A stretch of DNA of 64,000 nucleotides from Gammaproteobacteria bacterium (GTDB lineage Bacteria > Pseudomonadota > Gammaproteobacteria > CBDBNL01 > JAAOII01): contig OZ242372.1 in assembly GCA_965209035.1 (NCBI GenBank), positions 1,984,001 through 2,048,000 on the forward strand. Reading direction: 5' to 3'. This document shows positions 1-9,357 of the stretch, piece after piece. The position numbers and the translations under genes are program-made. Below the pieces are notes generated by a model. It searched no databases and was not told the DNA's origin. It was given only the letters and a program-made list of their open reading frames with translations. Every line of letters starts with the position of its first letter. The stretch's first letter is position 1.

Positions 1-599
1 TTTTTAATGAGGCGGTTCACGCGTTCCGGCTCTTCGTATATTTTGGAAATCCAACCCAAGAAGCCGGGACCGTAACTCAAGTTATGATTAAACCAGTAGC
101 GGGCCGCGAGATCCAACGCATCGTCGATGATCTCGTCTCCGTTCCAGTGCGCTTTCAAAATCTCTTTAACCTTTTGATAGGTTTCTTTATTGGGAGTGAA
201 TTGGGAAAGTTTTTGGGCAAGGGCGGCGGGAGAGTCTGTCTGCACACGCCAGTAATTGACAAGAATGTCAAACACATCATAGCCGTGCACTTGCAAACCA
301 AGTTCTTTGGCGCAGGCAATTTCCACCGAGCCGCCGCCAAAAAAGGGCGATACGAGAGTGTCTGTGTCATGCGGGAGATTTTCGACAACATACCCGACCG
401 CCAAACTTTTACCGCCGGCATATCGCAACGGCAAGCCGCCGTATCTGCGATACTTGTAACGACCGGCACTGCGAAGTTTATGCAACAGCGTTTTTTTGCG
501 TGTCGCAAGATCGCCAGCCTCGCCGAACAACCTTTTATTTTGTTGCGGGCGGGCTCGGGTTTTTTCAATGCGTCCGATGTGCCTCGTTGCTATGCTCAT
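1..599 (-). CDS. Dam-like (D12 class) N6-adenine DNA methyltransferase, 5' part; runs off window edge
   Basis: Not in the ORF track; hand translation from ATG at 599: MSIATRH...PLRYAGGKSLAVGYVVENLP...LVSPFFGGGSVEIAC...GYDVFDILVNYW, with the YxGGK and PFxGGGS SAM-binding motifs of D12 methylases. Confidence 0.85.
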   Translation of the reverse strand, partial: MSIATRHIGRIEKTRARPQQNKRLFGEAGDLATRKKTLLHKLRSAGRYKYRRYGGLPLRYAGGKSLAVGYVVENLPHDTDTLVSPFFGGGSVEIACAKELGLQVHGYDVFDILVNYWRVQTDSPAALAQKLSQFTPNKETYQKVKEILKAHWNGDEIIDDALDLAARYWFNHNLSYGPGFLGWISKIYEEPERVNRLIK

Positions 600-658
600 G
601 TTGTGATGTATTTGGTGATATTTTACCGTATTATCCTCTCAGTTTTGGACTGCATGCA

Positions 659-719
659 TGCATAGTCTCATAAAGGTTCCGGACTCTGAGTTTGGTATCA
701 TTCCACCCGGTACCGGACT
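659..719 (+). repeat. Solo IS481 end-like motifs (IRL-like 659-698, IRR-like 694-719)
   Basis: tgcatagtctcataaaggttccggactctgagtttggtat closely matches the end of the IS at 29685 (tgcatgatctcataaaggttctggactctgagttcggcat). Confidence 0.75.
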
Positions 720-781
720 ATTCTTAAAAACCCTTAAAAATCTTTAAAAATGATAAAAGTTGTCAATTTATAACTTTTAAT

Positions 782-801
782 AACTTAATGTATATTAAGT
801 T
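782..801. promoter_or_regulatory. Candidate MntR operator palindrome
   Basis: AACTTAAT-GTAT-ATTAAGTT (8-bp arms, 4-bp spacer) just upstream of an extended -10 (TGtTATAAT, 812-820) and a metal ABC operon ending in mntR. Confidence 0.6.
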
Positions 802-827
802 TGTGAATAAGTGTTATAATTGTAAGT

Positions 828-1916
828 ATGCGTTTAGTTTTGAATCATTTAATAAATAGTATGCATAAAAGATTTGCCGGGTTAAAAACCGGCTCGGCGG
901 TTCTTGCCGTTGCTGCCATCATTGCTGCCGGCTGTATTTTGGGGCTTGCGGCCTTGGTCCCGGATCAGGGGGGGCGGCAGGCGGAGGCGGGTGTTGGCGG
1001 TGCCTCGGAAAAACAGATTTCGCGTGAGCACGAAAAAGCCACGCTGGTTACCAGCATTGCTCAGCTCGCGGAGCCGCTTTCAAAGATTGTGGCGGGTTGT
1101 GATGCGATTGCCGGTGTGGGTAGTCTTTTGGGAAGCGGGACGGATCCGCATTTGTATCAGTTGACGCGTGCGGATGTTGTGCGGCTGCGCGATGCGGATA
1201 TGATTTTTTATGTCGGCCACAGATTGGAAGCACAAATGGAGGAGTTGCTGCACTCTTTGGAGAGAACCAAGCCGGTTTACGCACTTGCCGAAGAATTGCC
1301 GTCAACACTTTTGTTGAAGGTGGCATCGCATACCTATGATCCGCATTTGTGGATGGACCCGTTGCTGTGGAAAGATGTGTTGGCTGTGGCGAGCGGTAAG
1401 ATCGCGGACAGGTTTCCCGAATGTCGCGCACAAATAGAAGTCGGTGCCGGCAACTATGAAAAGCGGCTGGAAGCACTTGATGCAAGAATTTTGCGTTTGT
1501 TTGCCGCGGTGCCGCTTCAACAACGCATTTTGGTTACTTCGCATGATGCGTTCGGCTATTTCGGCAGAAGATACGATCTGGAAGTAATGGCATTGCAAGG
1601 GATTTCCACGGATCGGCAAATCAGCGTCGGCCAGGTGGATGCTTTGGTGGAGCAATTAATTGCAAAGAAGGTGCGTGCGGTCTTTACCGAAAGTTCGGTG
1701 AGTCGACGCGACATGCGTGCCGTGATTGAAGGGGCGGCGGAGCGCGGCTGGCCACTGCGAATCGGCGGGACACTTTTTTCGGATGCGATGGGTGCCGAGG
1801 GAACGGAAACCGCAACCTATATCGGCATGCTCGCTCACAATGTCGGCTTGATTGCAAACTCGCTTGATAAGAAGTTCACCCTGATAAAAACAGACACGGT
1901 TTGGGCGAACGATTAA
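828..1916 (+). CDS. troA: Mn/Zn ABC transporter substrate-binding protein (TroA/MntA family); start may be 861
   Basis: DPHLY, DPHLWMDP, TSHDAFGYFG and LFSDAMG motifs; N-terminal hydrophobic segment. Confidence 0.9.
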   Translation: MRLVLNHLINSMHKRFAGLKTGSAVLAVAAIIAAGCILGLAALVPDQGGRQAEAGVGGASEKQISREHEKATLVTSIAQLAEPLSKIVAGCDAIAGVGSLLGSGTDPHLYQLTRADVVRLRDADMIFYVGHRLEAQMEELLHSLERTKPVYALAEELPSTLLLKVASHTYDPHLWMDPLLWKDVLAVASGKIADRFPECRAQIEVGAGNYEKRLEALDARILRLFAAVPLQQRILVTSHDAFGYFGRRYDLEVMALQGISTDRQISVGQVDALVEQLIAKKVRAVFTESSVSRRDMRAVIEGAAERGWPLRIGGTLFSDAMGAEGTETATYIGMLAHNVGLIANSLDKKFTLIKTDTVWAND

Positions 1917-2653
1917 GCACCGGACAGCCCCGGCCACCCATTCCACCGATTGTCCGCTGTCGGCAACTGCGGGTGGCATACGAGGGGAAGGATGTCTTAA
2001 GCGGAGTGAACTGCGAATTGCCGGCGGGTCAACGCATTGCCGTGGTGGGCCCCAACGGGGCGGGGAAGAGCACTTTTGTTAAAGCATTGTTGGGGCTTCT
2101 GCCGCATAAGGGGCAAATTGAGATAAATGTTCCCGCTTCTGTCATTGTTTATGCGGCACAGAGACAAGACATAGACTGGGATTTTCCGGTGACTGTGTCG
2201 GATGTTGCACTGATGGGGATTTATGCCGAAATCGGTTGGTTTCGGCCTGTGCGTGTGGCACATCGCCGTGCCGTGTTGCGGGCATTGGAAACAGTCGGCA
2301 TTGCCCATCTGGCGAAACGCTCTTTGTCCGCTCTTTCGGTCGGACAGCAGCAGCGCGTGTTTTTGGCGCGGGCGTTGATTAATCGGCGGGCAACATTTTT
2401 CCTGTTTGACGAACCTTTTGCGGGCGTGGATATGCGAACGGCGACAATGATGCATGCAATCTTTCGAACGCTGACGGCGGAAGGCAAGACGGTGTTGTGT
2501 GTGCATCACGAATTGAATACGGTACTTGAGAATTTTGATTATGCGCTGTTGCTTGCGGGGCGGTTAATCGCCGCCGGCGAGACGGCCGATGTTCTGGCAC
2601 CGCGGCATCTGGCAACCGCCTATGGTGTTCCTTTGACGGCGGTGGGAGCCTAA
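1901..2653 (+). CDS. troB: Metal ABC transporter ATP-binding protein
   Basis: Walker A GPNGAGKST, signature LSVGQQQR, Walker B FLFDEP, IDWDFP motif. Confidence 0.9.
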   Translation: MGERLSTGQPRPPIPPIVRCRQLRVAYEGKDVLSGVNCELPAGQRIAVVGPNGAGKSTFVKALLGLLPHKGQIEINVPASVIVYAAQRQDIDWDFPVTVSDVALMGIYAEIGWFRPVRVAHRRAVLRALETVGIAHLAKRSLSALSVGQQQRVFLARALINRRATFFLFDEPFAGVDMRTATMMHAIFRTLTAEGKTVLCVHHELNTVLENFDYALLLAGRLIAAGETADVLAPRHLATAYGVPLTAVGA

Positions 2654-2677
2654 CAGAAGCGGGGACAGGCAAGAGGG

Positions 2678-2721
2678 ATGGTGACGGAATGGTGACGGAA
2701 TGGTAGCGGAATGGTAGCGGA
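2678..2721 (+). repeat. 4 x 11-bp tandem repeat abutting the troC start codon
   Basis: atggtgacgga x2 then atggtagcgga x2, followed directly by ATG at 2722. Confidence 0.95.
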
Positions 2722-3609
2722 ATGAATGATATTTGGGATGCACTGTTGTTTGATGCCTCCGACCATGCGCTGCGTGTTTCTTTGGCGGTTGCCATGCAGA
2801 GTGCGGCGGCTGCCGTGCTTGGCTGCCACTTGATCGCGCGCCGGCGTGCTCTTTTGTCCGATGCGCTCAGCCATGCGAGTTTGGCCGGAGTCGGGTTGGG
2901 GTTTTTGGCGATGTTGCTATTCGGGGCGGAGAGCGAACTGAAAAAAGAAGTGTTTGTGACCGGCGGTGCTTTTGTGATGATGCTGGTTTGTTTGGCGTTT
3001 GTTTGGCAGATGGGTCGCCACATTAAGCGAGATGCCGCCCTGGCCCTGGCCCTGAGCGGTTTCTACGGGTTGGGGCTTGTGTTGCTGAGTTACATTCAAG
3101 TCATTCCGAGCGGCGCCAAAGCGGGGTTGGAAACCTATATTTTGGGGCAAAGCGCAACGATTAACCTTGCCGAAGTGCGGGTGATCACGGTCATCAGTCT
3201 GGTTGTTTTTTTGTGTTACGGGGTCATGCACAGACAGTGGATGCTTCTTTGTTTTGACGAGTCTTTTGCCCGGGTCAGCGGTGTGCGGGTGAAATATCAA
3301 GATCTTTTGATGCTGGTTCTTGCGGCCATGACGATTGCCGTGGGCATTCGTGCCATGGGATTGATTTTAATTGTGGCGTTGTTTACAATCCCGCCGTTAA
3401 TAGCGTCTTTGCTTTGCCGGCGTTGGCATTGGATGCTGCTGTCGGCGGCGGCGGTCGGGGCCCTGGCGTCTCATGCGGGGGTGTCGGTGAGTGCCGGTTT
3501 GCCGGTTGTGCCCAGCGGCGTTTGTGTTGTTTTAATCTGTGCGATTATTTATGCGGTTGCTTTTTTTGGAACTCGTCCGGGGATTCGTCGGGCGGGTTCT
3601 CCGGGTTGA
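2722..3609 (+). CDS. troC: Metal ABC transporter permease
   Basis: LLSDALSHASLAG and FDESFA motifs; many TM helices. Confidence 0.9.
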   Translation: MNDIWDALLFDASDHALRVSLAVAMQSAAAAVLGCHLIARRRALLSDALSHASLAGVGLGFLAMLLFGAESELKKEVFVTGGAFVMMLVCLAFVWQMGRHIKRDAALALALSGFYGLGLVLLSYIQVIPSGAKAGLETYILGQSATINLAEVRVITVISLVVFLCYGVMHRQWMLLCFDESFARVSGVRVKYQDLLMLVLAAMTIAVGIRAMGLILIVALFTIPPLIASLLCRRWHWMLLSAAAVGALASHAGVSVSAGLPVVPSGVCVVLICAIIYAVAFFGTRPGIRRAGSPG

Positions 3610-3615
3610 AGGCGG

Positions 3616-4563
3616 ATGTTGGAGAACTTTTGGCGGGTTGATTTTGCGCCGCTGGTCGCGGCCATTTTGAGCGCTATTTGTTGTTGTTTGCCGGGCAATC
3701 TGCTGCTTGCCGGAAGGCAGAGCATGACGACCGATGCGATTTCGCATATTGTTTTGCCGGGGATGGTGCTTGCGTTTTTGTTTACCGGTAGTTTGTCGTT
3801 TGGTGTGATGTTTTGGGGGGCTCTGTTGGTCAGTTTCCCCGCAATTTTACTGATTGAATATCTTGGCAGGTTTCAAAATCGGGATGCGGTCCTGGGGATG
3901 GTGTTTTGCGTCTTTTTTGCTTTGGGTGTGTTGCTTTTGGAGATCTTTGTGGACAGGCGCGTTCATTTTGATGTTCGGCATGTGTTGTTTGGCAGTTTGG
4001 AGTCTGTCTATTGGCAGGGGCTGGGCGAGGGGTCCGGCGGTTTCTTTGCGGCGGAGGTGCGCCGGCATGTTCCGGCGGTGATTGTTAATCTTCTGGTGTT
4101 GCTTGCGTTTCAGACGGTGTTATTCGTACTCGCATATAAAGAAATTTTGGCGGTGCATTTTGACCCGACGCATGCCCGGCTGCATTGGGGCGGACGCTTG
4201 GGTGTTACGGTGATTTATTACGGATTGCCCGTGTTGAGCGCGATGACGATTGTTATGGTGTTTCGCATGGTCGGTCTGATTCTGATCGTGGGGATGTTTA
4301 TTATTCCGCCGCTATTGGCGAGTTTTTTTACCAAAAGTTTGATTGCCCGTATGCGTTTGAGCCTGCTCTTTGCCGTTCTGTTATGTGTGAGCGGTTATTT
4401 TTTTGCGGTGTTCTTGCCGGTTCTGTTGGGGGGTGATATTAGTTTGAATATCGGCGGCAGTATTGTGACATTGGGAGCTGTTCTGTGTTTTATAATGACG
4501 CTAATTAAACAATTTAAGCAATATTTAACTAACAGAGAGGACAAAGGGTCTGTCGCTAATTAA
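3616..4563 (+). CDS. troD: Metal ABC transporter permease
   Basis: DAISHIVLPG, VLFGSLE and FDP motifs; hydrophobic. Confidence 0.9.
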   Translation: MLENFWRVDFAPLVAAILSAICCCLPGNLLLAGRQSMTTDAISHIVLPGMVLAFLFTGSLSFGVMFWGALLVSFPAILLIEYLGRFQNRDAVLGMVFCVFFALGVLLLEIFVDRRVHFDVRHVLFGSLESVYWQGLGEGSGGFFAAEVRRHVPAVIVNLLVLLAFQTVLFVLAYKEILAVHFDPTHARLHWGGRLGVTVIYYGLPVLSAMTIVMVFRMVGLILIVGMFIIPPLLASFFTKSLIARMRLSLLFAVLLCVSGYFFAVFLPVLLGGDISLNIGGSIVTLGAVLCFIMTLIKQFKQYLTNREDKGSVAN

Positions 4564-4579
4564 AAATGACGGAATAAGC

Positions 4580-5005
4580 ATGTCGCAACCTGACAAACAA
4601 AATTCGTTTGCCCGAACTCGGGACGATCATCGCACGGAATTGCAAGAAGATTATGTGGAGATTATCGCCGGTCTGATTGCCGAAAAGGGGGAGGCTCGTT
4701 CGGTGGATATTGCCGGGGCATTGGGTGTGTCGCAGACAGCTGTGAGCGCGATGATCTCCCGCTTGGTAAAGGAGGGGCTGGTGACCAGCGAGCCCTATCG
4801 TTCGGTTTTTTTGACGAAGCGGGGGGCGGAACTTGCCGCGGCCTGTGCCGCGCGGCACAAGCTGGTTAAGCAATTTTTATGCAGAATCGGTGTCAGCGAG
4901 GAGGTTGCGGCACAGGATGCGGAAGGAGTGGAACATCATTTAAGTGCCGAGACCTTGGAGTGTCTGCGCCGTTTTTTAGGCGAAAGTCCTTCGCAGGATC
5001 AATAG
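4580..5005 (+). CDS. mntR: Manganese-binding transcriptional regulator MntR (DtxR family)
   Basis: EDYVEII...GEARSVDIA...PYRSVFLT...RH...DAEGVEHH. Confidence 0.9.
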   Translation: MSQPDKQNSFARTRDDHRTELQEDYVEIIAGLIAEKGEARSVDIAGALGVSQTAVSAMISRLVKEGLVTSEPYRSVFLTKRGAELAAACAARHKLVKQFLCRIGVSEEVAAQDAEGVEHHLSAETLECLRRFLGESPSQDQ

Positions 5006-6879
5006 CGGGGACGAAAAAGTTGAATGTTCGGATTGAGTTTGCGCGGGTTGATGTTAAATCGGGTTAGGGTTTTCAGCAAGGGGGCGGAATAGGGGTCATT
5101 CTCGTAGGCCTTGAGCCAGACATACGATGCCTGTTCGTATTCTTTTTTTCTCCACAGAACCTCGCCAAGATGCGCGGCGATTTCGGCGTCCGGGTTTTGG
5201 CGATATGCCCAATCCAGCAGTTCGTGTGCCCGATCCAAATTGTTTGCTCGGTATTCCAGCCAACCGAGACTGTCCGTGTAAGCGGCACTGTCCGGATCTG
5301 TAATGAGCGCGGCTTCTATGAGTTCCCGAGCCTGTTTTAGGCGTATGTTTGTATCCGTCAGAGCATAGCCGTAGCCGTTTAATATGTGCGGATCCTGGTT
5401 GTCCAGCTCCGTTAGCAACTCAAATACTTTGATCATGGACGCGGTGTCTTTCAATTCGTAATACATATAGGCTTTGGCAAGAAGAATGCTTTTTTCAAGC
5501 GGGAGCAATGATTCGGCGGTGGTCATCGTTTTTTCTGCTTCGGCTTTTGCCCCTTCGGTTGCCAGGCGGTTAACATAACGACCTACTATGGCCAGATATG
5601 CATTTCTGTCTCTTCTATAGATTTCTTCCAAAATCCCTTCGCTTTTGTAAAATTCTTTGGTTTGTACGATCACCTGTAAAAGCAGCCAGTTGCCGGTCTC
5701 CGTGTAGTCGGAGTCTTCTTTGATGCCGGACACGAAGCTTTCGACAAGAGCATAATTCCCGCTGTTTGCGGCCAGCAGCGCGAGGCGCATGTAGCCCAGA
5801 TCATTCTTACGCGCAACTTTTTTGTAGTATGCCAAGCCGGCATTGCGCAGTTTGGGGAGTCCCCTGTCTTGAGCGACAGTGGTAAGAAGGTATACCGTGG
5901 CATCGTCGTTTTTGGATTTCAACAGTTGTGTGAGGAGTTCGTCCGCCACATTCCGTCGTTGGGTATTAAGCAAATAAAGAGCGTAGTAAATCTTTAAAAG
6001 GACATTGTTGTTGTCTTTTTTTATTTCTTCTTCGTAAAAAGAGTCACCGGCGGGCTGTTGTGTCAGGTAGTAGATACGGGCCTTGAGAGAGGTAGCCGCC
6101 GTGCGGACATTCGCTTGCACTGTTTTTTCCGGCAGCATACGATTTAACACGCGCAAAGAATCGGTCAACCGTTGGTTATAAAACAAAAATTCTGCCAGCT
6201 TGTATTCGGTGATATGGCGCCCTTCTCTTAGATTGCCGGCGGCGAAAGGATAACTTTGCAAGTATTTGTCGTAGGTTGAAATGAGTGTGCGCATTTGTTG
6301 CTCGCTTTGCGGTGTCAAGAAAGAGCCGATGAGGCGAAAATCCGCGGGCAGACCGCGATCCAGTCTGCTTGCCATGAAGTCAAATGCTTTGGGGTATTTG
6401 GATTGGATGATGAGTTCGCGAATATAATTGTTCTGTGCCGGCGAAGAACTTGGTTCCAGGGTGATCCACAGAAGTGCGGCCGCGAGTGCGTCCGCAGAGT
6501 TGTGCATGTACTTTGCCATTTCAAAAGCACGCTGTGCCATGTTCGGGTCTTTATAGGTGTCGGCATATTCAATCATTTCTTTCAGAACCTCTTCATCATT
6601 GGGATGACGATAAAAGGAAATTTCCAATTCCAGGAGTTTGGCAAGGTCTCCCGCGGGCGACTGCTCTTCGGGAATTCTCGGTTCTTGGTATGATTTCTCT
6701 TTTTCTTTCGGGCGGGCAAGCGCCGACTTGGTTTTTTCAATTCCCAGATCTGTGCCGTAGGTCTGAGATTTTGAAGATTTGGTCGCGGGACCTGTTTCAA
6801 ACCCTTCTATGCTCACTTTTGGTTTGTCGGGTGCCGAGGCACAGCCGATCAAAGTGACCAAAATCACTGTCTGCCACAA
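4999..6879 (-). CDS. TPR-repeat lipoprotein
   Basis: Lipobox-like LIGC; C-terminal LNGYGYAL...DSLGWLEYR...EIAAHLGEVLW typical of the proteobacterial TPR protein usually found near hemA/lolB. Confidence 0.8.
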   Translation of the reverse strand: MWQTVILVTLIGCASAPDKPKVSIEGFETGPATKSSKSQTYGTDLGIEKTKSALARPKEKEKSYQEPRIPEEQSPAGDLAKLLELEISFYRHPNDEEVLKEMIEYADTYKDPNMAQRAFEMAKYMHNSADALAAALLWITLEPSSSPAQNNYIRELIIQSKYPKAFDFMASRLDRGLPADFRLIGSFLTPQSEQQMRTLISTYDKYLQSYPFAAGNLREGRHITEYKLAEFLFYNQRLTDSLRVLNRMLPEKTVQANVRTAATSLKARIYYLTQQPAGDSFYEEEIKKDNNNVLLKIYYALYLLNTQRRNVADELLTQLLKSKNDDATVYLLTTVAQDRGLPKLRNAGLAYYKKVARKNDLGYMRLALLAANSGNYALVESFVSGIKEDSDYTETGNWLLLQVIVQTKEFYKSEGILEEIYRRDRNAYLAIVGRYVNRLATEGAKAEAEKTMTTAESLLPLEKSILLAKAYMYYELKDTASMIKVFELLTELDNQDPHILNGYGYALTDTNIRLKQARELIEAALITDPDSAAYTDSLGWLEYRANNLDRAHELLDWAYRQNPDAEIAAHLGEVLWRKKEYEQASYVWLKAYENDPYSAPLLKTLTRFNINPRKLNPNIQLFRPRY

Positions 6880-6953
6880 ACAGGCAAGAGGACTTATTCT
6901 GCCGGGTGTTCCCGCCGGAGTGATGGTCGGCTTGCCCGGCTCCGGGCTTCCGC

Positions 6954-7220
6954 CTATTTTGGAAGGTTGTCGGATTTTTCCGAAGAAGAGAGCGAAGAAG
7001 TTAATCGTTTGACGGCGGCACTGAGCACACAGACGAGGGTCCCTAAAAAAAAACCCGCGAGAAGAAAAATGACCAACAGAATTCCGAGCGTTGTCGGATG
7101 AAACCGGTAAAACAAGAGATTAAGTTCAACATTTGCCGAGTTAGACAAACCAAACAGCAAGCCAAGGATACAAAAGGTGAGATAAACGAGGACCTTGAAG
7201 AGGAGAAGAATTTTTTTCAA
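6954..7220 (-). CDS. lapA: LapA family (DUF1049) small membrane protein
   Basis: Two TM helices around FGLSNSANVELNLLF; downstream of rpsA. Confidence 0.7.
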   Translation of the reverse strand: MKKILLLFKVLVYLTFCILGLLFGLSNSANVELNLLFYRFHPTTLGILLVIFLLAGFFLGTLVCVLSAAVKRLTSSLSSSEKSDNLPK

Positions 7221-7301
7221 AAAATACTAAGATGCTTTAATAATTGGAATTGGAATTGGAAGATTAATGAGGAAATTAAAAATAAGGGATTCACTCATTT
7301 T

Positions 7302-9245
7302 TTAGGTTGGTTTATCCTGTTTTTGTTCTTCTTTGCTTGCGTCTTTTTTTTCATTCTTTTCCGCTTCTTCTACTTCTCCTTTTTCTTCCCCTTTTTCTTC
7401 CTCCGCCGCTTTCACTTCTCCTTCTACTGCCCCCGCCCCTGCTTGCGGTTGTTTTGCTTCGGGTTCTGTTTTCGATTCTGATTCTGGCTCCGTTTTCACT
7501 TCCTCTTTTATTTCCGTTTCCGCTTTCGGATCTTCGGAACTTGGGGCGGGTTCGGCTTGCTTGGCGGGGGCTTGCTCTTTTGCTTGGCCGCCGATGCTCA
7601 ACAGATCTCCAAGTTTTGCCATAAAGCTGCCTTTCTTTTGTCGATAAGCCACTAGTGCTTCTTTTTCTTCTTTAATAGTGACTTGACGCATAGAAAGGGT
7701 GATGTGTTTTTTCTTTGGGTCGTAATACAGAATCTGAAGTTTCAATTCCTGTTCCGGATTGATGAGTTGGTCGGGGGAGTCCGCTTTGTTGCCGCCGAGT
7801 TCTTTCATTGGGATGATGCCGGTGATATTCTCGGTTAAGGCGACCACCACACTTTTCTTGCCGATTTTTGTCACCTTGCCGGTTACCTGCGACTTGACCG
7901 GGTGCACAGCCATATATTCGGCGAAATGGTTTGGTTGGGTTCTGCGCAGATTAAGTATCACTTTGCCACTGTCCGTATCAATAAAAGTGATGATGCTTTT
8001 AATTTCTTGGCCTGTTTTGTAGTTTTTGATGGCTTCGTTGGGATGGAGATCCCAGTCCAGGTTTCTTGGATGGATGAATCCGTCCACATTTTTGGCAAGA
8101 CGCACGAATATACCGAAGGGTTGAATGGCTGTGATAGTCCCTTCCACGACATCTCCGACAGCGTGTTTCTCGGCATAATCTTTCCAGGGGTTTTCCAAAC
8201 AAGCGCGGTGACTGAGCGATAGTTTTCGCTGCTCCGGTTCCATACCGAGAATTTTGACCATAATGGTATCGCCCGGGGAGCCGTATTGTTTGGCAACCAC
8301 GGGTTTGGGTTCCCAGGAGAGTTCGGACACATGCACCAAGCCGACTAAGCCGGGGGTTATTTCTACCAGAAGGCCGTGTTCGTTGACATGGCGAATAATC
8401 CCTTCCATGGATTGCCCTATCTCGTAATTTTCGGTGATCTTATCCCAAGGTCCGTCTGACATTTCACGCAAACTCAGCAGCAAACTTCGGCGCTCCGGGT
8501 TGTATGTGAGAACCTTGAATTCGTATTCTTTGCCTTCTTCAATATAGTCGTGCGGGTCCTCAACAGTTTCCCAGGCGATATCCAATTTGCGAAGAAACGC
8601 ATTGCCTTTTTCCAGAGAAATGAATGCGCCGTTGTTCACAATTTGTTTGACCTGCCCTCGGACCTGGCCGATGCGCACCAGGGAATCAAAATAAGCGTGT
8701 CTTTCTTCTTCAAATTTTTGTCTGCCGATGGCACGATGAGAAACGATTAAGTTGTTTCGTTCTTTGTCTATTTTGATGATTTTGAAATCGGTTGATATGT
8801 TTTCCAGCAGCTTTGGATCCGTATTGTGTTCAATTTCAATCAGCGAACCCGGCAAGAATGCTTTGATGCCTTCAATGTCTACGGAGAACCCGCCCGGAAT
8901 TTTATTTTTAATAATTCCTTGGATGGTTTCATTCCTTTTAAATTTTTCTTCAAGTTCTTTCCAGGAACGAAAAAACTTTGCTTTTTCATAGGATACCATC
9001 GTGCGGCCAAAACCGTTTTCCACGCTTTCCAGCAACAGTTCAATTTCGTCGCCAACGGATATTTCCATCTCACCGAATTTATTTTTAAACTGGTCGGCAG
9101 GCAGCACGCCTTCCGTTTTTAACCCGGTGTCCACTGTTACCCAGTTTTTTTCTATGTCCATCACCGTGCCTTTAATAAAACTGCCGGGTTTTGTATTCAG
9201 CAGTTTCAAATCGTCACGTATGAGATCCGTAAAACTATTTTTCAT
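7302..9245 (-). CDS. rpsA: 30S ribosomal protein S1 with acidic C-terminal extension
   Basis: VDTGLKTEG, AFLPGSL, GLVHVSELSW S1 repeats; follows cmk. Confidence 0.95.
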   Translation of the reverse strand: MKNSFTDLIRDDLKLLNTKPGSFIKGTVMDIEKNWVTVDTGLKTEGVLPADQFKNKFGEMEISVGDEIELLLESVENGFGRTMVSYEKAKFFRSWKELEEKFKRNETIQGIIKNKIPGGFSVDIEGIKAFLPGSLIEIEHNTDPKLLENISTDFKIIKIDKERNNLIVSHRAIGRQKFEEERHAYFDSLVRIGQVRGQVKQIVNNGAFISLEKGNAFLRKLDIAWETVEDPHDYIEEGKEYEFKVLTYNPERRSLLLSLREMSDGPWDKITENYEIGQSMEGIIRHVNEHGLLVEITPGLVGLVHVSELSWEPKPVVAKQYGSPGDTIMVKILGMEPEQRKLSLSHRACLENPWKDYAEKHAVGDVVEGTITAIQPFGIFVRLAKNVDGFIHPRNLDWDLHPNEAIKNYKTGQEIKSIITFIDTDSGKVILNLRRTQPNHFAEYMAVHPVKSQVTGKVTKIGKKSVVVALTENITGIIPMKELGGNKADSPDQLINPEQELKLQILYYDPKKKHITLSMRQVTIKEEKEALVAYRQKKGSFMAKLGDLLSIGGQAKEQAPAKQAEPAPSSEDPKAETEIKEEVKTEPESESKTEPEAKQPQAGAGAVEGEVKAAEEEKGEEKGEVEEAEKNEKKDASKEEQKQDKPT

Positions 9246-9357
9246 TATTATCGTTCGTTATCATAAGTTTATTTTTTGTTATCAATTTGATGACTTCTCA
9301 AAATTATACATTAATACCAATAAAAAATAAAACATTCAACCCGAATATGGAACAATC

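Noticed and set aside
84-665. ORF-track proteins 84..665 (+) and 155..568 (-)
   Set aside because: Shadow frames; the real gene is the methylase in another minus frame starting at 599.
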